DNA of 55,345 nt from a virus. How positions within the stretch are numbered: position 1 is the stretch's first letter; each line of letters opens with the position of its first letter. Below, piece after piece: positions 42,016 to 51,068 of this stretch. The stretch spans positions 1 to 55,345 of the IMG/VR virus record IMGVR_UViG_3300036816_000012. One strand, given 5' to 3'. The notes beneath the pieces were generated by a model that was not told the origin of the DNA, did no database searches, and saw only the letters and a list, made by a program, of their open reading frames with translations. The position numbers were made by a program, and so were the translations under genes.

Positions 42016-42168
42016 ATGAGAATAGCCTACTCCATTAAGATCATAGCCGGGATGTTGTACGGAATCAGTGCTTTGATGTTAATCAACCATCTAACTCTGT
42101 CATCAATCTCGATATGTGTATTGGGCATGTTGATACACGATATAGCTAATGAGGTACAGGAGGGATGA
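42016..42168 (+). CDS. Small membrane protein (50 aa, 2 TM)
   Basis: The ORF is below the track cutoff. The product is 'MRIAYSIKIIAGMLYGISALMLINHLTLSSISICVLGMLIHDIANEVQEG'. Confidence 0.4.
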   Translation: MRIAYSIKIIAGMLYGISALMLINHLTLSSISICVLGMLIHDIANEVQEG

Positions 42169-42170
42169 AG

Positions 42171-42413
42171 ATGATCAAACCAATCGCTCAACAACAGAAC
42201 AATGAAAATGGGTTAACACCACCAGGTACGATACGAGATGAGTTGTATCTTGTCGATGAACTATCTGCATATCTAGCAGCCAAATATGACATCGAACGTG
42301 TAAGAGCTATGGTAGTAAAACCGCATGGGCTCACAACATGGACTAGACTGGCTCATAGTATTGGACTACCAATGACTGGAGGCGATACCAATGATCAGAC
42401 AGGAGAAGCGTAA
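42171..42413 (+). CDS. Hypothetical protein (80 aa)
   Basis: ATG lies 8 nt after AGGAGG (the track start 42165 is 2 nt after the RBS). Confidence 0.5.
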   Translation: MIKPIAQQQNNENGLTPPGTIRDELYLVDELSAYLAAKYDIERVRAMVVKPHGLTTWTRLAHSIGLPMTGGDTNDQTGEA

Positions 42414-42762
42414 GCACAGATGGTTGGAGAAGAATGGGTTTGAATTACTAACTAAAGACAATGTACATGTTGTGCGTGGGTTTTATCTTGACCATTCATT
42501 GCTTGCTCATCGTGCCGACCTTGCTCATGAAGTAGTCTTTGCTTACCGTGCGCACATCATTGACGAAAAGTTAGAACTATATGTACTCACTCACATGGAT
42601 TATGAATTTGAATTGTTTGAGATGAAGATCGACTACCGCAGATGGATGAGACAGAAGTATCCCAATAAAAACATCTGGGTTAAAGAATGTAAATTCAAGC
42701 TTAAGAGATTCAATCGACAGTGCCATGCACTCATCAGGTATGGTGTTAACCCGTGGTGGTAA
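42391..42762 (+). CDS. Hypothetical protein (123 aa)
   Basis: ATG lies 8 nt after GGAGG. Confidence 0.55.
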   Translation: MIRQEKRKHRWLEKNGFELLTKDNVHVVRGFYLDHSLLAHRADLAHEVVFAYRAHIIDEKLELYVLTHMDYEFELFEMKIDYRRWMRQKYPNKNIWVKECKFKLKRFNRQCHALIRYGVNPWW

Positions 42763-43073
42763 AGAAGAAAGTAAATCCTTTTTATAAATCAACACCGTGG
42801 TTGAAATGCAGGATATTAATCCTTGAACGGGATCACTACCTATGTCAGCCATGTATGAGAGCAGAGAAGATAACCACAGCCAATACAGTCCATCATATAA
42901 AGCCTTTAGAGGATCATCCAGAGCTTGCATTAGAAGAGGATAACCTAGAGAGCATCTGTCCAACATGCCACAACAAAGAACACCCTGAGAGAGGGAACAA
43001 ACAGAAGCGTAAGAAGACAGAACGAATGAGAGCTACTGTAGTGAAGAGTACACCAAACAGGGTTGAGTATTAG
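42753..43073 (+). CDS. HNH endonuclease (terminase-associated)
   Basis: It carries 'VHHIKPLEDHPELALEEDNLESICPTCHNKEH' and lies directly upstream of cos/TerS. Confidence 0.85.
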   Translation: MVVKKKVNPFYKSTPWLKCRILILERDHYLCQPCMRAEKITTANTVHHIKPLEDHPELALEEDNLESICPTCHNKEHPERGNKQKRKKTERMRATVVKSTPNRVEY

Positions 43074-43256
43074 AAGACGTCACTAGAAAGACCAAGAGGT
43101 GTCTCCAAAGCTTCCTTATGGAGAGAGTAACAAAAGGATGTCGGGGAACAGAACATAGCCCCCCTACCCTTTTAAATCGAGCCAGAACCCCACCGGGACC
43201 GGCGTGGGAGTTTCGTTTACACCGCGGGATAAATTTTCATGAAAGGGGGGTACCGG
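43074..43256. other. Probable cos / packaging-recognition region
   Basis: This is the HNH-TerS intergenic region. It has a G/C tract cccccctaccc and hairpins ctcca...tggag and cccac-cgggaccggc-gtggg. The assignment is by analogy with HNH-dependent cos phages. Confidence 0.35.
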
Positions 43257-43574
43257 ATGACAGCACCTACTGCGAAACAAATTAAGGAATATCTTGGTGA
43301 TTCTTATGAGGCATCAGATGAACAAATCATTCAACTGTACATTGAAACACACGCATTCTATTCGCGGCTCAAAAAAGAGATAGATAAGTCAGATCTGATG
43401 TACGAATATACCAATAAAGCAGGGGCAACTAACTTAGTTAAGAACCCCCTTTCGATAGAGCTCACCAAAACAGTCCAAACGCTAAACAATCTGCTTAAAT
43501 CTCTTGGATTAACGCCTGCTCAGCGTAAAAAGGTTGTGAATGCTGATGACGATGACGACCTTAGCGACTTCTAA
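43257..43574 (+). CDS. terS: Terminase small subunit (P27-family-like)
   Basis: ATG follows GGGGGG. It carries 'NKAGATNLVKNPLSIELTKTVQTLNNLLKSLGLTPAQRKK'. Confidence 0.7.
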   Translation: MTAPTAKQIKEYLGDSYEASDEQIIQLYIETHAFYSRLKKEIDKSDLMYEYTNKAGATNLVKNPLSIELTKTVQTLNNLLKSLGLTPAQRKKVVNADDDDDLSDF

Positions 43575-45324
43575 TGCTTTTGATTTCGAAGAGTGGTACA
43601 CAGGATGGAAGAGTGAGCAGGTAAGAGCAGGAAACATTTTGTTTGACCCTTCTGACCGACTTTTAACAATTGAGTATGCAAATAAGGTAGTTAACGGTCA
43701 AATAATCGCCAGTAAAAAGGTTGTATTAGCAGCCAAAAGGCATCTGAGGGACCTGAAAAGACAGGGTACAAAACACTTTCCGTGGATTTTCGTGGAGGAA
43801 ACAGGACATAGGCCAATTCGTTTTATCGAAAAGTTCTGTAAACCCTCACAGGGCGATTATGATCAGCTGGTGTTTCAACCATGGCAACATTTTTGTATTG
43901 GGTCTCTGTTTGGTTGGGTCCACAAGGATACGGGAGTAAGAAGGTTCCGTGAAGGAACGATTTTTCTTGGTCGGAAAAATGGTAAGACAACCATGATTTC
44001 CGGTGTATCTAACTATGCTGTATCACAAGACGGTGAATCCGGTGCTAGGGTTTACCTTCTTTCTAATGCAAAGGATCAGGCTAAACTCTTATTCGATGAA
44101 TCAAAGGCCATGGTCGAAGCATCTCCTACGCTGCGAAAAAACTTCGTAGCATTACGAGATGCGATCAAGTACAACAAAACCAAGTCGAAGATTGAAGCCC
44201 GTGCTAGTGATAGTAAAAAGCTGGATGGTTTGAATACTCACCTTGGTGTATTTGATGAAATTCATGAATTCAAGGATTACAAACTCATAAACGTTATCAA
44301 AAAGTCTCGTGGGTCCAGAAAACAACCGTTAATCCTTTATATAACCACCGCAGGGTATCAGTTAGATGGGCCGCTGATGAATTATTATGAGCAGGCAACT
44401 GATGTGCTGGATGAGGTTATTGAGGACGAACGGACATTTTACTTTATGGCAGAGTTAGATTCTGAAGTCGAGTTTGATCGGCCAGATCTATGGATCAAAG
44501 CAAATCCCAGTATGGGTGTTTCATTGCACCTGCCTACGCTTAGGGAAGATTGGGAGAAGGACAAGCGTACACCTGCAGAAAGATCCGACTTTATCACTAA
44601 ACAGTTCAATATATTCGTTGACAATGCCGATGAATCTTTCTTGGACTTTGCTACCCTAAAGAAAAACAATAAGGAACGAGATCCGGAAGCTTTTAAACAT
44701 GTTCCTTGTATCGGGGGATTTGACTTATCTGACTCAGAAGATTTTACAAGTGCGTGTTTGGAATTTCCAATCATTGAGACTGGAGAGGTTTTCGTAATAT
44801 CCCACACCTGGGTTCCAATAAAGAAAGTTAATTTGGACAACGAAAAACTTCCTTTTAGGGAATATGAAGAATCGGGTCTTTTAACCATTGTAAACGAGGA
44901 ATATATACGCAAGGAGCTCGTTTATGATTGGTTTGTAGAGCAATCGAAGAAATATATCATTGAGATGATAACATATGACCCTGCTAAGGCCTTCGGTTTG
45001 GTTGAGTCACTCAACAACTATGGATTCAAGACTGAAGTTGTGCGGCAAGGGCATTTAACATTAGGGCCGGCTGTTGACGATGTGAAAGAAAGGTTCATCG
45101 ATGGGAAAGTGATCTTTAACAATAACAGATTATTCCGTTGGTATATCAACAACGTGAAGATGGTTGAAGACAGAAATAGAAATAAACTACCTACAAAGAT
45201 AGGCCGCTACCGTAAAATTGACGGTTTTGCGGCCTTTTTGAATGCCCACACAGAGGTGATGAAACGCATGGTTACCCCGGCTGGTAGTGGGGATATACAG
45301 TTCATTTCCATCAACGACTTATAG
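43540..45324 (+). CDS. terL: Terminase large subunit
   Basis: The 594-aa product has Walker A-like 'LGRKNGKTT' and 'GVFDEIHE' (Walker B), plus a C-terminal nuclease half. Confidence 0.9.
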   Translation: MLMTMTTLATSNAFDFEEWYTGWKSEQVRAGNILFDPSDRLLTIEYANKVVNGQIIASKKVVLAAKRHLRDLKRQGTKHFPWIFVEETGHRPIRFIEKFCKPSQGDYDQLVFQPWQHFCIGSLFGWVHKDTGVRRFREGTIFLGRKNGKTTMISGVSNYAVSQDGESGARVYLLSNAKDQAKLLFDESKAMVEASPTLRKNFVALRDAIKYNKTKSKIEARASDSKKLDGLNTHLGVFDEIHEFKDYKLINVIKKSRGSRKQPLILYITTAGYQLDGPLMNYYEQATDVLDEVIEDERTFYFMAELDSEVEFDRPDLWIKANPSMGVSLHLPTLREDWEKDKRTPAERSDFITKQFNIFVDNADESFLDFATLKKNNKERDPEAFKHVPCIGGFDLSDSEDFTSACLEFPIIETGEVFVISHTWVPIKKVNLDNEKLPFREYEESGLLTIVNEEYIRKELVYDWFVEQSKKYIIEMITYDPAKAFGLVESLNNYGFKTEVVRQGHLTLGPAVDDVKERFIDGKVIFNNNRLFRWYINNVKMVEDRNRNKLPTKIGRYRKIDGFAAFLNAHTEVMKRMVTPAGSGDIQFISINDL

Positions 45325-45344
45325 CGCTAGAAGGGGGTGAGAAT

Positions 45345-46592
45345 TTGAAATGGCATCAACGATTACGAGGCGCAGTTGGAGGGGCTGTCAAGGCGGCGGC
45401 ATCAGCTTGGAAAGGCCAAGGATTCGACTTTACATCATGGGCTGGACGGACGTTTTGGGGCATTGAAAACGGGGAGTTAGCTAACAATGAAACAATTTTC
45501 AGCGTTATTACTCGCCTAGCAAACACTATTTCTGCCCTGCCACTTCGCTTGTATAGGGAATATGACGTGGTTACAGACCATATCGCAGCGGAGGTACTCA
45601 TAAACACACCAAACCCTAATATGGGAGGTGTGGAGCTTATGAACAAGCTGGAGGTATCTCGTAACGAACACGGCAATGGTTACGCCATTATCGGTAGGGA
45701 CGTACGAATGCAGCCGGAGAGCATCACACCAGTCGATCCGCTTGCAGTTACACCCATAATTAACAGTGACGACAATGTGTTGTGGTACATGATTCAAGGT
45801 GTTAGTAAGACCTATTATGTGCACAACATGGACATGATTCACGTCAAACACATTACAGGAGCCACCAGATGGCAGGGTATCAGCCCGATAAAAGTTCTCA
45901 GAAACACACTGAAGTATGATAAGGCGGTCCAAGAGTTTAGCTTGTCTCAAATGGAGAAGAAGGACAGCTTCATTTTGTCATACGGCGCAAATGTCGATGA
46001 TGAAAAACGAAAAAGAATTGTTTCTGACTTTAAACGGTTCTATAACGAAAACGGCGGAATTTTGTTTCAGGAACCCGGAGTAGAAATTGAGGATATCGAA
46101 AAGAAATACTTTTCATCAGATACGTTGGCATCCGAGCGGATTACACGCTCAAGGGTAGCCAACGTTTTTAATATCCCAGTAACCTTTCTGAACGATAACG
46201 AGAGTCAAAGTTATGCTTCTAATGAACAAATGATGATCCAATTCGTTCAAATGAAGCTTACTCCGGATGTACGCCAGTACGAGCAGGAGTTTAACCGGAA
46301 GTTACTGACGAAAGAGGATCGGCGTAACGGTTATTATTTCAAGCTCAACATGGGCGGTTTACTCCGAGGTGATATGGCGGCACGAACGGCATTTTACCAA
46401 ATGATGATGCGCGGTGCTGGCATCAAGCCTAATGAAATTCGCAGGCTGGAGGACTTCCCACCAGATAAAGATCCACGAGCGAACGAACTATGGGTTAGTG
46501 GAGACTTGTATCCTTTGAGTATGGACCCGTCCATGCGTAGATCATCTTCAGGCGGAACACCGAGTAAAAAAGACGACATTGAAAGGGGGTGA
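45345..46592 (+). CDS. Portal protein (HK97-type)
   Basis: TTG start after GGGGGTGAG. At 415 aa, it lies between terL and the protease. Confidence 0.85.
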   Translation: MKWHQRLRGAVGGAVKAAASAWKGQGFDFTSWAGRTFWGIENGELANNETIFSVITRLANTISALPLRLYREYDVVTDHIAAEVLINTPNPNMGGVELMNKLEVSRNEHGNGYAIIGRDVRMQPESITPVDPLAVTPIINSDDNVLWYMIQGVSKTYYVHNMDMIHVKHITGATRWQGISPIKVLRNTLKYDKAVQEFSLSQMEKKDSFILSYGANVDDEKRKRIVSDFKRFYNENGGILFQEPGVEIEDIEKKYFSSDTLASERITRSRVANVFNIPVTFLNDNESQSYASNEQMMIQFVQMKLTPDVRQYEQEFNRKLLTKEDRRNGYYFKLNMGGLLRGDMAARTAFYQMMMRGAGIKPNEIRRLEDFPPDKDPRANELWVSGDLYPLSMDPSMRRSSSGGTPSKKDDIERG

Positions 46593-46601
46593 GAATGAAT
46601 A

Positions 46602-47372
46602 ATGAGCGAAAAAAACAAGAAATATTGGGATTTTAAAGCCGCTGTTAATGGTGTTGGCGAGTTATATGTCTATGGGGACATCGTTTCATGGGCGTGGGAC
46701 GATGAAGATACCAGCGCGAACAGCTTCAAACGCGACTTGGACAACCTTGGCGATATCACAACCCTTAACCTCTACATCAACTCACCCGGCGGATCTGTGT
46801 TTGAGGGCGTAACAATTTACAACATCCTCAAGCGTCACAAGGCAAGAGTGATTGTCTACGTTGATGGTCTGGCAGCTTCGATAGCCTCTGTTATTGCAAT
46901 GGCAGGCGACGAAGTGCATATGCCGCGCAACGCTATGATGATGATCCACAACCCATGGACTTTCACATGGGGTAATGCCGCTGAACTGCGTAAAGCCGCG
47001 GAAGACCTAGATCGTATCGGTGGTTCGATGAAAGAAAGCTATCTCGCTAAGACAGGAAATAAGCTGGAAGACACTAAACTCACCGAATTGCTTGATGCTG
47101 AGACATGGTTGTCTGCTCAAGAGTGCTTGGACTACGGTCTGTGCGACGTTATAGAAGCGGCAAACCAAACGGCTGCATCGGTAAGTCAAGAACTGTTTGC
47201 TAAGTACCGTAATGTGCCACAAGATATCGCTGCAAAGCTCAATGAACCAGAAGCACCAAAGGCCAGTGGAAACGATGAAGAAACAGCTGCTTATCTCCAG
47301 CGGATCAAAGATACTGCTGGAATGGAAATAGAAAATATTAAATCATACCTGGGAGGTATTATTAATGGCTAA
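46602..47372 (+). CDS. ClpP-like (S14) prohead protease
   Basis: It carries 'LYINSPGGSVFEG' and 'VDGLAASIASVIAMAG'. Confidence 0.85.
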   Translation: MSEKNKKYWDFKAAVNGVGELYVYGDIVSWAWDDEDTSANSFKRDLDNLGDITTLNLYINSPGGSVFEGVTIYNILKRHKARVIVYVDGLAASIASVIAMAGDEVHMPRNAMMMIHNPWTFTWGNAAELRKAAEDLDRIGGSMKESYLAKTGNKLEDTKLTELLDAETWLSAQECLDYGLCDVIEAANQTAASVSQELFAKYRNVPQDIAAKLNEPEAPKASGNDEETAAYLQRIKDTAGMEIENIKSYLGGIING

Positions 47373-48495
47373 AACACTATTTGATGTAAAAAATGATTTG
47401 ATGACAATCGGCGCTTCGCTGAAAGCAACTAAACAAGATAAACTGGCTAAGGCGTCCGATCCTGAAGCGAAAATTGAAGATATTAAGGCGCTTGAAACTA
47501 AGGAGTCGAGCTTGCAGGCTCGTTTTGACATTTTACAAAAAGAGCATGATCAAATGGAGGCTGAGCAAAAAGCATCCTTGCAAGGTCAAAACAACCCTAT
47601 CGACAACGTCAGCGACCCTAAAGCTAAGGTTGTAGCAGCGAAAGCGTCGTTGGTTCGCTCCACAATCAAAGATGACCGCGTTAGTCCGGAGGTCCGTGCA
47701 GCTCTCGGTGACAACAATGCAACAGGCGGGGAAAACATCCTGCCAACAACCATGACTAACGAACTGCTTCATGAGCCTTTTGTTAGAAACCCATTGCGCA
47801 CCCTCTCTACATTCACAAGTGTTACAAATCTGGAAATCCCTAAAGTAACGTTTACCTTGAGCGATGATGATTTTATTGAGGATACAGAACTTGCGAAGGA
47901 AATGAAGTCTGAAGGCGGTAAAGTTACCTTTAATCGCAATAAATTCAAAGTATTCGCGCCAATCTCTGAAACTATTCTCGCTGCTACCGATACCAATTTG
48001 GTTCAAACAGTGGACAACGCACTTGCTAGTGGTTTGGCTGCCAAAGAAAAGAAAGTAGCCTTCGCAGTAACGCCTAAAGCGGGTGAAGAACACATGTCCT
48101 TCTATGGCAATGGCATCACTGAGATTCCTGGTGCATCTCTTTATATTGCAATCAAAAAAGCGATTGCCGATCTACCAGAAGATTTCCGCGAGAATGCTTC
48201 CATTGCTATGCGCTATTCAGACTACATGGATATCGTTGAGTTGCTGGCTAACGGAAATGCTACGCTTTACGGTGCTCAACCAGAGCAAATTCTAGGCAAA
48301 CCTGTTGAGTTCTCGGACGCTGCGGTTGACCCTGTTGTAGGTGATTTCCGTTACTCCCACTTTAACTATGACCCACAAATCATGTTTGACCGTGACAAAG
48401 ATGTCCTTACAGGAGTCTGGAACTTCGTATTGACTGCATGGTTTGACCACCGGATCAAACTGAAATCTGCTTTCCGTATCGCAAAAAAGTCCTAA
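47365..48495 (+). CDS. Major capsid protein (HK97 fold) with N-terminal coiled-coil delta domain
   Basis: The call rests on position, size (376 aa) and a helical N-terminal ~100 aa. Confidence 0.85.
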   Translation: MAKTLFDVKNDLMTIGASLKATKQDKLAKASDPEAKIEDIKALETKESSLQARFDILQKEHDQMEAEQKASLQGQNNPIDNVSDPKAKVVAAKASLVRSTIKDDRVSPEVRAALGDNNATGGENILPTTMTNELLHEPFVRNPLRTLSTFTSVTNLEIPKVTFTLSDDDFIEDTELAKEMKSEGGKVTFNRNKFKVFAPISETILAATDTNLVQTVDNALASGLAAKEKKVAFAVTPKAGEEHMSFYGNGITEIPGASLYIAIKKAIADLPEDFRENASIAMRYSDYMDIVELLANGNATLYGAQPEQILGKPVEFSDAAVDPVVGDFRYSHFNYDPQIMFDRDKDVLTGVWNFVLTAWFDHRIKLKSAFRIAKKS

Positions 48496-48548
48496 CCCCG
48501 AACGCAACATTCGATCCAACGGGGCGAGAGGGAGAACATAACGGTGTC

Positions 48549-48776
48549 ATGCATGCCGAGTTCGCCTTGCTGGACAAGGACGGGGTTAATTTATCCCTTG
48601 CTGCTGGAAATGTTGAATACATCAAACAGAACGGCGTGAACTTGGTACCTGATGACCAGGAGACACTATGGTTCAACGTTAGCAAGCCAGCCGGAAAGTA
48701 TGTATTTGAGGTTAAGACCAAGGTAGGAAAAGAATATGTAGCAGTCCTTGACTGGATTCCAGACCCTACGCCTTAA
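48549..48776 (+). CDS. Hypothetical head-module protein (75 aa)
   Basis: It lies between the capsid and connector genes. Confidence 0.5.
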   Translation: MHAEFALLDKDGVNLSLAAGNVEYIKQNGVNLVPDDQETLWFNVSKPAGKYVFEVKTKVGKEYVAVLDWIPDPTP

Positions 48777-48790
48777 AAGGCGGGAAAGGG

Positions 48791-49117
48791 GTGTTTGTCA
48801 TGCTTGAATTAACGCTTGATACACTCAAAAAGTATCTGCGGATTGATGGTAATGACGATGACGAGATCCTTAATCTCTTAGTCGAAGCATCCAAAGAGTA
48901 TCTGAAGGGCGCAGGCGTACCGGAGTCGAATTCGGCTCTGTACCGCCTGGCTATCATGATGCATGTGACTCTCAATTACGAGAACCGTAACCCGGCTATC
49001 AAGATTGAGAGTATTAACTTTGCGTTGCAATCCATCATCTTGCAGATTAAGGAATGGGGGAAACCGGAAGATGAAGTATCCAGTGATACAGACGTTTCGG
49101 GAGAAACCGAAGTTTAA
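48791..49117 (+). CDS. Head-tail connector (gp6-like)
   Basis: It carries 'LDTLKKYLRIDGNDDDEILNLLVEASKEYL'. Confidence 0.8.
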   Translation: MFVMLELTLDTLKKYLRIDGNDDDEILNLLVEASKEYLKGAGVPESNSALYRLAIMMHVTLNYENRNPAIKIESINFALQSIILQIKEWGKPEDEVSSDTDVSGETEV

Positions 49118-49325
49118 CCGTTATGTCAAATGTGATGTCTACGAGACTGAAGACCCTGAACGTGCTGAATACCTCCAGAAAGAGAAGTTTATTGGCCCTG
49201 AGGTTCAGGAAAAACCGAAGTCGAAAGCTAAAAACACAAGTAAAGGTAAGTCGGACGATCCAGGTGGTGATGTGGATGAATCCAGCAAAGCTGAACCGAA
49301 GGATACTCCTGCAAAAGCGGAGTGA
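49071..49325 (+). CDS. Hypothetical Lys/Glu-rich protein (84 aa)
   Basis: It fills the 158-nt gap between connector and head-closure genes, but overlaps both by ~50 nt. Confidence 0.4.
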   Translation: MKYPVIQTFREKPKFNRYVKCDVYETEDPERAEYLQKEKFIGPEVQEKPKSKAKNTSKGKSDDPGGDVDESSKAEPKDTPAKAE

Positions 49326-49623
49326 ACCAACAGAGGACGAATCTGGTTACCCTGTAGCTCCTGAGAGTGAATGGGAGAATGTATTTACCCTTTACGCATC
49401 TAGGGAGCCGCTAAGGGGCCGTGAGTTCTTTGCGGCTGCAGCTGCACAGGCCGAACTTACTATAAGGTACAAGATCAGATACAGACAGGATATTTTGCCA
49501 AGTATGCGTTTTGTAGACCTCAATAACGGTCGTATTTGCAATATATCCGCTGTTTTGGATGACCCCTTTGGCGACCGGACCGAAACGCACCTTATGGCGC
49601 TAGAGGAAAGGCTGAATGGGTAA
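49276..49623 (+). CDS. Head-closure / head-tail adaptor protein
   Basis: ATG lies 6 nt after GGTGGTG. It carries 'MNPAKLNRRILLQ...W..VFTLYASREPLRGREFF'. Confidence 0.75.
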   Translation: MNPAKLNRRILLQKRSEPTEDESGYPVAPESEWENVFTLYASREPLRGREFFAAAAAQAELTIRYKIRYRQDILPSMRFVDLNNGRICNISAVLDDPFGDRTETHLMALEERLNG

Positions 49624-49652
49624 GAGCATTCAGGCGAAAGGGTGATTATTTT

Positions 49653-50033
49653 ATGTTGATTGATTTGGAACCTGTAATACTATCAGCGCTTCGAAATGAC
49701 ACGGAGTTGAGTGCGCTCTTGGGCAAGGACCCAAAGGGTACTACAAAAGTCTACCCGCTTGCTGCGCCGGACATCTCTTTACCTCGCGTGACGTTTTTCG
49801 AATTGACCAACTTCGATAACAATTACGCCGGGGACAAGGCAGTGAGTAGTGCTATTCATTTTCATATTGACGTTTGGCACAACAGTAATCCGTCCAAGAT
49901 ATCCCTCGCAGTCAATCGTGTCATGGAAAGTATAGGCTTTGTGCGAAGTGGTACACAGAGCCTGTATGAGTCTGATACAAAGATATACCACAGAGTTTTG
50001 CGCTATAAAAAAACACAATTAGGAGTTGATTGA
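49653..50033 (+). CDS. Tail-completion protein (DUF3168-like)
   Basis: It carries 'VILSALRNDTELSALLG...KVYPLAAPD..LPRVTFFE'. Confidence 0.55.
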   Translation: MLIDLEPVILSALRNDTELSALLGKDPKGTTKVYPLAAPDISLPRVTFFELTNFDNNYAGDKAVSSAIHFHIDVWHNSNPSKISLAVNRVMESIGFVRSGTQSLYESDTKIYHRVLRYKKTQLGVD

Positions 50034-50619
50034 TTTGGCTGACAAAATCGCCGTACCTGTAGGTTTGCAGGATATCGTTTACGCAAAGTTGTTGTCGGGA
50101 GACACGATCACAGAAGCGCCAGTTTACGAAACACCAAAATACCTTTTGCCAGCAATTACAGCTAACGTTACGCCTAACGTGGAGTCTAATACGTTACACG
50201 GTAATGACGGGCCTATCTTGACCGAAAATGCCCTAAATGATATTGAAGTGGAAATTGGTATAGCTAACCTGACGCTTGAGCAACGAGCAGACTTGTTGGG
50301 TGGCACGATTGACGATGACGGATTGCTCTGGAACAATTCTGATGATCAAGCACCTGAGGTTGCTTTGGGCTACAGACGTTCGATGTCTGACGGCTCATTT
50401 ATGTACACTTGGTTGCTCAAAGGTAAATTCCAAATCCCTACCGAAGAAGCTACAACCAAACAAGGTGAGGTTGAGTTCCAAACACCTACGATCACAGGCA
50501 CGTTCTTGAAACGCATCTATGATAACCAATGGAGAGTAACAGCAGACAGCAACAACCCTGCAAGTGCGGCAAAAATCGCGACTTGGTTCACGAAGGTTCC
50601 TGACTCCCCAAAGGCGTAA
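50026..50619 (+). CDS. Major tail protein (phi13-family-like)
   Basis: The product is ~197 aa with 'VGLQDIVYAKLLSGDT'. The start is uncertain (TTG 50026 or 50035). Confidence 0.75.
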   Translation: MIDLADKIAVPVGLQDIVYAKLLSGDTITEAPVYETPKYLLPAITANVTPNVESNTLHGNDGPILTENALNDIEVEIGIANLTLEQRADLLGGTIDDDGLLWNNSDDQAPEVALGYRRSMSDGSFMYTWLLKGKFQIPTEEATTKQGEVEFQTPTITGTFLKRIYDNQWRVTADSNNPASAAKIATWFTKVPDSPKA

Positions 50620-50661
50620 CGCCACCGCCTGTAGTGCCTGATCCTCCGGTTGACGGTGGCG
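50607..50661 (+). promoter_or_regulatory. Candidate -1 programmed ribosomal frameshift signal at the 3' end of the major tail gene
   Basis: The in-frame heptamer C_CCA_AAG (50607-50613) is followed by a 6-nt spacer. Then comes a perfect 8-bp stem cgccaccg (50620-27) / cggtggcg (50654-61). Confidence 0.45.
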
Positions 50662-50680
50662 AAGAAGAGGAAGGCGGATA

Positions 50681-51067
50681 ATGGCTGGCAGAGTTGAGTT
50701 GCAAGGCGTTGAACAAATGCTTGCAGCAATCCGCCAGACGATGGGCGATGGAGCTAAAACCCTGGAGAACAAAGCTCTGAGAGAAGGCGGAGAGATATTT
50801 GCCGCTGCTCAGCGTGATAAGGTTCCGGTAAGTAACATTAACCACTTGCATATCCGAGATGATATCAAGGTGAGTGGCGTGCGCTCCAAAGACGGCGATA
50901 AGTATGTTGCTATCGGCCCGGGTAAGGCTACGGGATGGAGAGCTCACTTTCTCGAATTCGGGACAAGCAAAATGAATGCTCAACCCTTCATCTATCCGAG
51001 CTTTCACGAACAAAAGGCAAGAGTTGCGCAGTTCATGGCAGCGGAATTCAGAGCAGCACTTAGTTAA
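50681..51067 (+). CDS. HK97 gp10-family head-tail joining protein
   Basis: It carries 'AHFLEFGTSKMNAQPFIYPSF'. Confidence 0.75.
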   Translation: MAGRVELQGVEQMLAAIRQTMGDGAKTLENKALREGGEIFAAAQRDKVPVSNINHLHIRDDIKVSGVRSKDGDKYVAIGPGKATGWRAHFLEFGTSKMNAQPFIYPSFHEQKARVAQFMAAEFRAALS

Positions 51068-51068
51068 T

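Noticed and set aside
44439-48093. Long minus-strand ORFs inside terL (44439-44912), portal (45516-45950) and capsid (47533-48093)
   Set aside because: They are antisense to well-supported structural genes and have no RBS. They are shadow ORFs.
49123-49275. Longer N-terminal start for the head-closure gene (track ORF 49123..49623)
   Set aside because: The extra 51 residues are Arg/Lys/Ser-rich and not protein-like. The internal ATG 49276 has an SD (GGTGGTG) and gives the family-typical N-terminus MNPAKLNRRI.
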